A DNA stretch of 64,000 bases, from positions 32,887-96,886 of the IMG/VR virus record IMGVR_UViG_3300043399_000633; one strand, 5' to 3'. Made by a program: the position numbers and the translations under genes. This document shows positions 37,251-44,987 of the stretch, piece by piece; position 1 is the first letter of the stretch; every line of letters begins with the position of its first letter. Origin of the DNA: a virus. The notes beneath the pieces were generated by a model, which was not told the DNA's origin, did not search any database, and worked only from the letters and a program-made list of their open reading frames with translations.

Positions 37251-37342
37251 GGAAGGTTGCCCGAGAGGCCTAAGGGAGCGGTTTGCTAAACCGTCGATTC
37301 ACGAAAGTGGGTCCGTGGGTTCGAATCCCACACCTTCCACCA
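37251..37342 (+). tRNA. tRNA-Ser(GCT)
   Basis: Long variable arm, CCA. Confidence 0.9.
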
Positions 37343-37352
37343 AGCATACTAT

Positions 37353-37430
37353 GCACCGGTACCAGAGAGGCTTAATGGCTCGGATTGCAAACCCGTTGAT
37401 TCGTAGGTTCAAATCCTACCCGGTGCTCCA
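37353..37430 (+). tRNA. tRNA-Cys(GCA)
   Basis: U73, CCA. Confidence 0.85.
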
Positions 37431-37435
37431 GATAA

Positions 37436-37527
37436 GGTGAGTTGGCAGAGTTGGTTTATTGCAACAGTCTTGAAAACTGTCGATTCTGAATAAGGGTCCG
37501 TGAGTTCGAATCTCACACTCACCACCA
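37436..37527 (+). tRNA. tRNA-Ser(TGA)
   Basis: Long variable arm, CCA. Confidence 0.9.
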
Positions 37528-37534
37528 ATTAATT

Positions 37535-37624
37535 GGGGGTTGTTCTCTACGGCGGACTGTAAATCCGTTGCCTTGAATATGTAGAGTGGTTGGCGATTAG
37601 GTTCGATTCCTTCAGCCCCCACCA
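37535..37624 (+). tRNA. tRNA-Tyr(GTA)-like, rewired/pseudoknotted D domain
   Basis: Same topology as 31721 with covarying helices. Confidence 0.65.
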
Positions 37625-37630
37625 ATTTAT

Positions 37631-37707
37631 GGTGCGTTAGTTCAGTTGGTTAGAATACCGCCCTGTCACGGCGGTGGTCACCGGTTCGAGCCCGGTACGC
37701 ATCGCCA
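37631..37707 (+). tRNA. tRNA-Asp(GTC)
   Basis: Cloverleaf, CCA. Confidence 0.9.
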
Positions 37708-37969
37708 AGTTTTGTTAAGTGTGTCTCTAATAGAAAGCACTATGTCTAAGCTGGCCAGCAGAAGCATAGTAAAAGGTGACGGTTCGAGGACGCATCATGG
37801 TACCCTCCCGCTGACTATTATTGTGACGTACCCTAGGAGAAGAAATTCTCATAACCGCAGGGCCCATAATTTGCGGATAATGCTGTCTATGTATGTGGTG
37901 ACAGATACTTAACAAATTCAATATCGCCTTTACTGACGGCGTACAATGTGATAAATTGTCAGTACACTT

Positions 37970-38046
37970 GCCCCGATGACGGAATCGGTATACGTGTTGG
38001 ATTCAAAATCCAAATTTTGAGGGTTCGAATCCCTCTTGGGGCACCA
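37970..38046 (+). tRNA. tRNA-Leu(CAA), short variable loop
   Basis: Cloverleaf, CCA. Confidence 0.85.
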
Positions 38047-38133
38047 TATTATAGTACATACTGTTTCGCTGGTGGATACCCAGAGATAGTCAGATCCAGA
38101 CTGAAGAACGGTTTAAGTGTACTATAATATGGT
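38043..38133 (+). repeat. Long-stem hairpin family member
   Basis: ACCATATTATAGTACAT/GTGTACTATAATATGGT. Confidence 0.7.
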
Positions 38134-38149
38134 TAAAGATAAATAACTG

Positions 38150-38776
38150 ATGCGCTATAAAGAATTTTTAATTGAAAGAGTACTGAATCTTCATACACCT
38201 GAAGAAAAGATGCCATACGCAGAAATTGTATGGGATATGCTTCAGCGTAGTTATAAAAAGATAGGTGGCTTCAAAAGTGTTGCTAACATGGAAGAGTTGG
38301 TCAATGAGCCAGGTTATTGGAAGTTGGTCAAACGTGATGGAAAAATTACATCCGTTAACATCTATAAAAAATCACCGAAAACTAAAAATTTCAAAGTTAT
38401 TGCTAGTGCAACAGAAACCGACTACGATCCGGAAAAAGACAAGTATAAAGCAACACCTAAAGGTCTTAGTGACTACGAGATGATTAAAAAAAGTGATATT
38501 AAAATGAAGCGTAGTTGGGCAGAGGTAAGTGGTCCCGCAGAAATCTTGATGAAAAGAAGCGGTGCAACTCCTATACCAAACGAGTATGCAGAGTTATTGA
38601 CTGGTAAAAATATACTAGATTTCAATGATGATGGATATCATTACACTAGGTTAATTCACGGCGAACCTCATGAAAAAGTAATATATGGCTTTGTCAAATT
38701 AAGTGACGAAGGACGAGAAGAATTAGAATCTAGGGGTATCAATATCAAAAAACTTCCTAAAAACATAGAAATTTGA
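38150..38776 (+). CDS. Hypothetical phage protein
   Basis: 208-aa ORF after ATAAATA. Confidence 0.75.
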   Translation: MRYKEFLIERVLNLHTPEEKMPYAEIVWDMLQRSYKKIGGFKSVANMEELVNEPGYWKLVKRDGKITSVNIYKKSPKTKNFKVIASATETDYDPEKDKYKATPKGLSDYEMIKKSDIKMKRSWAEVSGPAEILMKRSGATPIPNEYAELLTGKNILDFNDDGYHYTRLIHGEPHEKVIYGFVKLSDEGREELESRGINIKKLPKNIEI

Positions 38777-38832
38777 CGATAAATCCAAACTGTGATATAG
38801 TGTCATTAAGTTATGAAAAGATTGGGGGTTTT

Positions 38833-39414
38833 ATGATTGTTTATCTACATGGATTTGCAAGTTCAGGTTCTAGTCCAAAGGTCGGTGCATTGCGCGCCCG
38901 GTTTGGTACTGACTCTGTAGTAGCGCCTGATCTACCCTTTGATCCAGCATTAGTTAGGCAATTAGGTTTTGATTTGGTCAACCGGTATGTTAAAACACGA
39001 GCAGCAAATGAAAAATTAATCTTCGTTGGAACTAGTCTAGGTGCATTCTATGCAAGTTATTTTGGTCACGTATATGACTGTCCAATTGTTATTGTAAATC
39101 CTAGTGGTAAGCCTAGCGAAACATTAAAGGCAAAACTAGGCACTAATGTAAATTACGTGACTGGTGATGAGTTTATGGTTTCTTTAGCGCACTTGGATGA
39201 GTTGGCAAATATGCGTAAGTATGTTGCTGAGAATTATTCAGGTTCGTTGGTAAGTTTGTTTGTAGCACGTGATGACGAGGTTATCCCCTTCGAATCTATG
39301 ATCGAAAGTTTTCCGTATACCAGCAAGATGGTTATAATGGATGACGGTGGTCACCGATTCACAAAACACTGGGATCTAGTTGTTGATCGTGTGGCAGAAA
39401 TAATGAACTATTGA
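38833..39414 (+). CDS. YqiA/UPF0227-like alpha/beta esterase
   Basis: YLHGFASS, GTSLG, DEVI, GGH.F. Confidence 0.85.
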   Translation: MIVYLHGFASSGSSPKVGALRARFGTDSVVAPDLPFDPALVRQLGFDLVNRYVKTRAANEKLIFVGTSLGAFYASYFGHVYDCPIVIVNPSGKPSETLKAKLGTNVNYVTGDEFMVSLAHLDELANMRKYVAENYSGSLVSLFVARDDEVIPFESMIESFPYTSKMVIMDDGGHRFTKHWDLVVDRVAEIMNY

Positions 39415-39419
39415 TAGGC

Positions 39420-40007
39420 ATGGATCAGTCTGCAAGAATAAAAAAATATTTATCACAAATACCCAAAAATTTAAATTGGGTAGATGTAGCTTGCGGAAAT
39501 GGGTGCCTATCAAAAATTTTAGTAGATCACGCTGATGCAAATGTTTTGGCTATCGACGCCAGAGATTATTTTCAGTTTAAAACTTATGCTAGGATAAACT
39601 TCATAACAAAAAATATAGAAGATGCCGATTTCTTCGACATAATTAAAACATACGATGCTATTCTATATTTAGGGCATTTTTATCATACTATCAAAAATGA
39701 AGAAATCGTAAAAATCTTTAGCGAGTCAACAGCAAAATATCTATTATTAGAAAGTAAGGTGCATAATTTTAACTCTGCTACCTCCAAAAAAGAAACTGTA
39801 AATTTTTACGTAGAGTCAACCTCTAACAACTATCAGCCTTACTCTGACTCTAATAAAGAGTTATCTATATGTCAACCCAATTTACCATGGACTTTATCTA
39901 TATTAAATAAATATGGTTGGACTATAAATGATTATGATTGTGTAATAGCAAAGTCATCTATAGATGGAAAAATTTTCCAAAGTTACTTGATATTTGCTCA
40001 AAGATGA
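39420..40007 (+). CDS. Class I SAM-dependent methyltransferase
   Basis: DVACGNG, AIDAR, LGHFYH. Confidence 0.75.
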   Translation: MDQSARIKKYLSQIPKNLNWVDVACGNGCLSKILVDHADANVLAIDARDYFQFKTYARINFITKNIEDADFFDIIKTYDAILYLGHFYHTIKNEEIVKIFSESTAKYLLLESKVHNFNSATSKKETVNFYVESTSNNYQPYSDSNKELSICQPNLPWTLSILNKYGWTINDYDCVIAKSSIDGKIFQSYLIFAQR

Positions 40008-40030
40008 TGTATAATGAAACAAATTTGAAT

Positions 40031-40108
40031 GCGGGTATAGTGTTTAACGGCTAGCACGTAAGTCTTCCAAACTTGAAGTGAGGAGTTCGAATCTCCCTAC
40101 CCGCTCCA
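40031..40108 (+). tRNA. tRNA-Gly(TCC)
   Basis: Cloverleaf, U73, CCA. Confidence 0.85.
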
Positions 40109-40222
40109 ATAAGAAAATGGTCAACAATTCTAAAAAAGTTGTTGACAAATAAATCGAAAGCATGTAGAATGCTTGCATACGCTGAGAAATCAGCAACGTT
40201 CTTTAAAAAGTAAATGCAATGT

Positions 40223-40308
40223 TTCTTAACATTGTTGAATACATTGCTCACGGTGCGTACAACGGGCTACGGGTGAGGTAACAACAGTGTGTTCAACAAT
40301 GTTAAGAA
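40223..40308 (+). repeat. Long-stem hairpin family member (5' flank of giant ncRNA)
   Basis: 24-bp stem. Confidence 0.75.
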
Positions 40309-40310
40309 TT

Positions 40311-41201
40311 CAAGGGCAGCTTAATGTCCTACACGGTATGGTTCGCCCAGCTGTGTGAAGAATAAGTCAGGTGACTGACCCAAAGGAGGTAAGCCTACAT
40401 AACTCCGCTAGTAATAGTTCATTTAAGCAAGCCTGCTCACACCCGCGAGGGTGCGTTCACTGAGAAGACCGGTGGATGTAACAATGAAGCAAGTGTGTTG
40501 GAAAGAATGTCTGTTTAAGTCCCCGCAAGGGTAAGACAGGCAGACAGAGAGTAACAGGTGGTGCTGACCTCAACACAAAACCAACTTGCGAATTGGTATG
40601 AGAAAGGGTAGTATTATGATCCGAAGGGTCGCACCTAAGGGTTGTAGTGCAGTATGAGTGGTTAGTGGGCATGTAGTAATACATGTACACCGATCGCAAA
40701 ATACGACTGAGTAGTCCGCGAGACAAAAGGTACGTGGTGTGTTGTATTGAGTAGAGCAAAACTTTATTCAGCAACTGAGGCAGCACATCATAGTAGGTCA
40801 AATGTAGATCAATGGTAGATCGTCTGTATGATGAACAGAATGCTGTCGGTTCAAGTCCGATCATTTTAACAAAAACGCAAAGACTGCCTCGGTTGTATGT
40901 GAAAAACATCTAATACTTGACTCTTCGGAGAATCAAGTCTGACGTAACTCGCAAGGTGAAATCAGTTTATGCAGGATATTTCGTAGCCCGCAAGGCTTAA
41001 TGGACCGCAAGTTCAACGGAATGGAAAGCGTAGAATAGCATACAATGTCAAGTCTACTGCCTGACTCTAAACGGCGATGTTGGTAACAGACTAGGTTACT
41101 GTGTAATAACAGGGCTTAGTGGATATCTAGAGAAGGTTGGCTCGCAAGGCTAACTATAATGCTAGAGGTGTTACTCGGTAAGGATGTAATCTCAGTCCTC
41201 C
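40311..41201 (+). ncRNA. GOLLD-like giant ncRNA with embedded tRNA-like domain (40797..40870)
   Basis: About 890 nt without a plus-strand ORF, many GNRA hairpins (CGCAAG/CGCGAG), embedded cloverleaf, phage tRNA-cluster context; recognised by eye. Confidence 0.7.
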
Positions 41202-41243
41202 ACTATTCTAAAGCGCATTAATATTAGTGTGTTTCAGAATAGT
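41202..41243 (+). repeat. Empty long-stem hairpin family member (3' flank of giant ncRNA)
   Basis: ACTATTCTAAAGCGCATTA/TAGTGTGTTTCAGAATAGT, 4-nt loop. Confidence 0.7.
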
Positions 41244-41262
41244 AGCATAAATAAAATTTATT

Positions 41263-41339
41263 GCCCCGGTGACGGAATTGGTATACGTGTTGGTCTTAGA
41301 AGCCAAATTTTAGGAGTTCGACTCTCCTCTGGGGCACCA
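41263..41339 (+). tRNA. tRNA-Leu(TAG), short variable loop
   Basis: Cloverleaf, CCA. Confidence 0.85.
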
Positions 41340-41354
41340 ATTAAGTTAGCAATT

Positions 41355-41762
41355 ATGATAAAAATAAATAGCGATAGGTCTTGTGGTGAATGTACTATGT
41401 GCTGTCAAGGTCACTTGACAGGATCTGCACATGGATTTGAATTCGGTCCTAACAAACCATGTCATTGGATAAGAGACAGTGGCTGCGGGATCTATCCTTA
41501 CAGACCTGATACACCTTGCAAATCGTTTAAATGTGAATGGAAAGTCAATAAAGAAATTCCTGAAGAATTTAGACCTGACAAATGTAAGGCTATTTTTGTC
41601 AAAAGGCCTATATCTGAAACAGAATACAGATTAGATGTAGTAGAATCAGGCGGCACACTAAGCGCCGATATATTGCATTTAATTATGATTTTATTTCAAA
41701 GTCATAAATACGATCATGTTCAATATCAGCGAAATGGTGCTTGGTATGAATTAAAAAGATAA
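41355..41762 (+). CDS. YkgJ-like cysteine-cluster protein
   Basis: CGECTMCC, C.IY..RP..C..F.C. Confidence 0.75.
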   Translation: MIKINSDRSCGECTMCCQGHLTGSAHGFEFGPNKPCHWIRDSGCGIYPYRPDTPCKSFKCEWKVNKEIPEEFRPDKCKAIFVKRPISETEYRLDVVESGGTLSADILHLIMILFQSHKYDHVQYQRNGAWYELKR

Positions 41763-41764
41763 TT

Positions 41765-41840
41765 GGGGGATTAGCTCATCTGGGAGAGCGACGGTTTTGC
41801 AAGCCGTAGGTGATCGGTTCGAGTCCGATATCTTCCACCA
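41765..41840 (+). tRNA. tRNA-Ala(TGC)
   Basis: G3.U70, CCA. Confidence 0.9.
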
Positions 41841-41846
41841 GACAAT

Positions 41847-41922
41847 TGCGGCGTGGAGAAATGGTATCTCATCAGTCTCATAAGCTGAAGGTAGTTGGTT
41901 CGATTCCAACCGTTCGCAACCA
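41847..41922 (+). tRNA. tRNA-Met(CAT), initiator-like body
   Basis: TGCGGCGTGGAG start, AACCA end; bulged acceptor. Confidence 0.8.
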
Positions 41923-41968
41923 AATAAATAAAATTTTATATGTTAACTAATTTAGCCTGGAGCAAAAA

Positions 41969-42100
41969 ATGGCAAAAAGCGTAAGTGAACGAAAGATTGT
42001 AATGAAGCGTACTAGTCAAGGTGGAAATAAACCCAAAACTAGTTCAATGACTAAAAGCCAAAAGAACTCTCATAAAAAGTATAGGGGCCAAGGAAAATGA
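41969..42100 (+). CDS. Small basic protein (43 aa, ends KKYRGQGK)
   Basis: GGAG RBS; TGA overlaps next ATG; below ORF-track cutoff. Confidence 0.7.
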   Translation: MAKSVSERKIVMKRTSQGGNKPKTSSMTKSQKNSHKKYRGQGK

Positions 42101-42282
42101 GTGGCAAAGGTAGCAGACCGCGCCCATTTAGTGTTTCGCAAGAAGAATACGAAAAACGATGGGATGCTATTTTTGGTCGAGATTTGGAAAATGAAACGGT
42201 CAATGAATACGAAGATGAAGCATTAAAAGATGCTTTCAAGCAGTCAAAATTACAGCAAGAAATTAATTCAAAAAATAAATAA
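42097..42282 (+). CDS. Small hypothetical phage protein
   Basis: Translationally coupled; GKGSRPRP...WDAIF. Confidence 0.7.
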   Translation: MSGKGSRPRPFSVSQEEYEKRWDAIFGRDLENETVNEYEDEALKDAFKQSKLQQEINSKNK

Positions 42283-42286
42283 ATTT

Positions 42287-42362
42287 GGGTAGTTGAGCAG
42301 AGAGGTTATGCACCTCCCTTACAAGGAGGACGATGTTGGTTCGAGTCCAACACTACCCACCA
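42287..42362 (+). tRNA. tRNA-Val(TAC)
   Basis: Cloverleaf, CCA. Confidence 0.85.
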
Positions 42363-42408
42363 AACATATATGTTAGCAGAGAATAATGTCTGCTTAACAT
42401 TGCACAAT

Positions 42409-42482
42409 GCGGGATTAGTTTATCGGTAAAACGAAACCTTGCCAAGGTTTAGTGACCAGTTCGATTCTGGTATCCCGCTCCA
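42409..42482 (+). tRNA. tRNA-Gly(GCC)
   Basis: Cloverleaf, CCA. Confidence 0.9.
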
Positions 42483-42505
42483 AAATTATCAACTAAGGAA
42501 ATGTA

Positions 42506-42721
42506 ATGACCGAAAGTCGAGCAAGATATTCAAACGAAAAAGCCAGTGACATGATTGGTAACAAGTTTGATTTAGTGCTTATCGCAGCCCTCAGAATACG
42601 AGAATTGAAAAAGGGCGTTAAACCTAAAATTCAATGTAATGATGGTCCAACAGTGACCGCACTTAAAGAGATAGAACAAGGCCTAGTAGGTCGAGATTAT
42701 CTGAAAAGAATTCGAAAATAA
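42506..42721 (+). CDS. rpoZ: RNA polymerase omega subunit homolog
   Basis: IGNKFDLVLIAA.R.REL, PTV.AL.EI..G. Confidence 0.9.
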   Translation: MTESRARYSNEKASDMIGNKFDLVLIAALRIRELKKGVKPKIQCNDGPTVTALKEIEQGLVGRDYLKRIRK

Positions 42722-42784
42722 CTTTACCCAAAATGATTGATTGCAATACGTGTGTAGTGTATACTTCATGTATTGAATGATTTA

Positions 42785-42942
42785 AGGATCGGTACAGCAA
42801 CATTCTGCTATTATAGTGAATGGTCTGGATACGGTATGGTGTTAGCTGGAGGGGTCACCCTGTGAAGGCTAACATTGAAATACTACCGGACGAACTCAGA
42901 GTGATGGCCTGAGTATAATAAAAGCAGTCGAAAACGATCCTG
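42785..42942 (+). ncRNA. ACAGCAA-stem RNA with large multibranch cargo
   Basis: AGGATCG/CGATCCT, GTACAGCAA. Confidence 0.7.
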
Positions 42943-42954
42943 TTGTTTTTGTTT

Positions 42955-43188
42955 TAGGATGATTACAGCAAACTAAAAAAAATATCTACTCCAGTTAATG
43001 CAGTAGAAGATGGCCCGGAAGGCAAGTGGAAACACTTCTAGTAGAAATACTAGCGTTAAAGGAACTGATGACCTTGGAAAGACAAGTATGCGCCATCGCA
43101 GACGCAAGGATGGATAGGCTTGAGGAACTGAACCGATGTACTGGGGATGAGGTCAAGCAGAAAATAAAAACCAGTTCCGTTCATCCTG
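42955..43188 (+). ncRNA. ACAGCAA-stem RNA with large multi-hairpin cargo
   Basis: TAGGATGA/TCATCCTG, TTACAGCAA. Confidence 0.7.
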
Positions 43189-43197
43189 TTAGATTAA

Positions 43198-43259
43198 TTG
43201 AATGCTAACAGCAATTTTTAAAAACTCAAATCGCAACTTTGATCTAAAAACGCATTCAG
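43198..43259 (+). ncRNA. ACAGCAA-stem RNA abutting the RBS of the Ro60-like gene
   Basis: TTGAATGC/GCATTCAG, TAACAGCAA, TCAAA-TCGCAAC-TTTGA. Confidence 0.7.
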
Positions 43260-43272
43260 AAAGGAAAATAAA

Positions 43273-44688
43273 ATGAACGCATTTGTTAACGCAGTAGCAA
43301 ACCAAGAAGCACGTACCGCTAACGGTATGAAGGCTCGTAAGTCTAGTGCTAACGCACTGGTCGATCTGTTCTACAACATCGGTGCAAGCCGTGGTAAGAA
43401 CATTGTTCCGGCATTCACTGCTGCCTATGTCCAAGATAAGGACTTGGCATTGCGTATCGCATTGTGGGCGCGTGATGCCCGTAGTGGTGCAGGTGAACGT
43501 CAACTGTTCCGTGATATCTTGACTCATCTTGAAAAGACTGATCCCGATGCGGCAGTTCGTTTGATGAACAAGATTCCTGAACTTGGTCGTTTTGATGACC
43601 TGTTGGTCTTCAAGTCTAAGGACATGAAGGCTAAGGCTTACACGCTGCTTGGTGACAACCTTCGTGCTAAGAATGGACTTGCGGCAAAGTGGACTCCTCG
43701 TAAGGGTGAAGTCGCACGTGAAATCCGTGAATTCTTTGGCATGACTCCAAAGCAATACCGTAAGACTTTGGTTGGAATGACCAGTGTCGTTGAATCGCGA
43801 ATGTGTGCCAACGACTGGGATAACATCAACTTCAGCCACGTTCCTTCACAGGCTGCACGTATTTACAAGAAGGCGTTCAACCGTCATTCTGTAAAGTTTG
43901 CAGAATACGTACAGAAGTTGGTCAGCGGCGATAAGACCGTTAAGGTCAATGCCGGTGCAGTTTTCCCGCACGAAGTTTTGAAGGACATCGTTACCCCTTA
44001 TGGTCGTACGACCTTGGGTAAGACTGAGTTGGATCACTTGACCGCTCAGTGGGATGCGCTTCCTAACTACATGAACGATGCGAACATTCTGCCTATGGTA
44101 GACGTTTCGGGTTCTATGACCTGCCCTGCAGGCAAGGACACTAGCGTTACCTGCTTGAATGTTGCAGTATCGTTGGGTCTGTATCTTGCTGATAAGAACA
44201 AGGGTGCCTTCAAGGATACTTTCTTGACTTTCAGCGGCTCACCTGAACTGTTGACCCTAAAGGGCAACATTGTTCAAAAGGTTGATCAAATGATCAAGTC
44301 TAAGTGGGCAATGGATACTAACCTGCACAAGGCTTTCGACAAGATCCTAAGCGTGGCTGTTGCGAACAATGTTCCTGACACTGACATGCCTAAGATGGTG
44401 TTGATCCTTTCGGACATGCAGTTCAACCAATGTGTTGATCACGATGATTCTGCTATGCAGATGATCGAACGCAAGTACCGTAACGCAGGTTACACTGTGC
44501 CTAGCGTGGTCTTCTGGAACCTAAACTCAAGTGGTAACGTTCCAGTCAAGAGTGACAAGTCTGGTGCGGCTCTAGTCTCTGGCTTCAGCCCAAGCATCAT
44601 GGCAAGCATTCTTGGTGCAGACCCTCAGGAGTTCACTCCTGAAGGCATGATGTTGAAGACCATCATGGCAGATCGCTACAACTGCTAA
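43273..44688 (+). CDS. Ro60/TROVE-like RNA-binding protein (DUF2828-type) with C-terminal vWA domain
   Basis: RD.R.G.GER..F, AKW.PR, Y+K.L, DVSGSM MIDAS, FLTFS..P, ILSDMQF, FWNL, SGFSP. Confidence 0.8.
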   Translation: MNAFVNAVANQEARTANGMKARKSSANALVDLFYNIGASRGKNIVPAFTAAYVQDKDLALRIALWARDARSGAGERQLFRDILTHLEKTDPDAAVRLMNKIPELGRFDDLLVFKSKDMKAKAYTLLGDNLRAKNGLAAKWTPRKGEVAREIREFFGMTPKQYRKTLVGMTSVVESRMCANDWDNINFSHVPSQAARIYKKAFNRHSVKFAEYVQKLVSGDKTVKVNAGAVFPHEVLKDIVTPYGRTTLGKTELDHLTAQWDALPNYMNDANILPMVDVSGSMTCPAGKDTSVTCLNVAVSLGLYLADKNKGAFKDTFLTFSGSPELLTLKGNIVQKVDQMIKSKWAMDTNLHKAFDKILSVAVANNVPDTDMPKMVLILSDMQFNQCVDHDDSAMQMIERKYRNAGYTVPSVVFWNLNSSGNVPVKSDKSGAALVSGFSPSIMASILGADPQEFTPEGMMLKTIMADRYNC

Positions 44689-44703
44689 GGCAGTTTGACG
44701 ACG

Positions 44704-44727
44704 AAATAGGGGCTTCGGCCCCTATTT
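44704..44727 (+). terminator. Hairpin terminator
   Basis: AAATAGGGGC-TTCG-GCCCCTATTT. Confidence 0.75.
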
Positions 44728-44768
44728 CCATATGTTGACAATAAATGGATATTGTGCTATCATAACAA

Positions 44769-44987
44769 ATGATGTACAAGATAAATGAATTAGAATTTTT
44801 AGACTTAGAGTCCGCAATGGACTATGCTAAGTCATTGAACGAATTTGTTACCATTGTGGGTGACGGGTTCGAAGTTTGTGGTCGATTCGGAGTAGATTCA
44901 GTACGTGACGGTAAGTGCCCAGATGGCATTGCATATGACTGGAACAAGGCTAGTCGAATCGGCCGTGTAAGAAAGGAGAGAGTATAA
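44769..44987 (+). CDS. Hypothetical protein
   Basis: Follows promoter; coupled to next gene. Confidence 0.7.
   Translation: MMYKINELEFLDLESAMDYAKSLNEFVTIVGDGFEVCGRFGVDSVRDGKCPDGIAYDWNKASRIGRVRKERV

Noticed and set aside
42097-42282. ArfA ribosome-rescue factor
   Set aside because: Only a GKGS tetrapeptide is shared; position and remaining sequence do not match.
25525-43208. Many short ORF-track calls in the RNA island (mostly minus strand; also 37249, 37646, 43026 on plus)
   Set aside because: They overlap tRNAs or structured RNAs, lack RBSs and read as antisense tRNA text.
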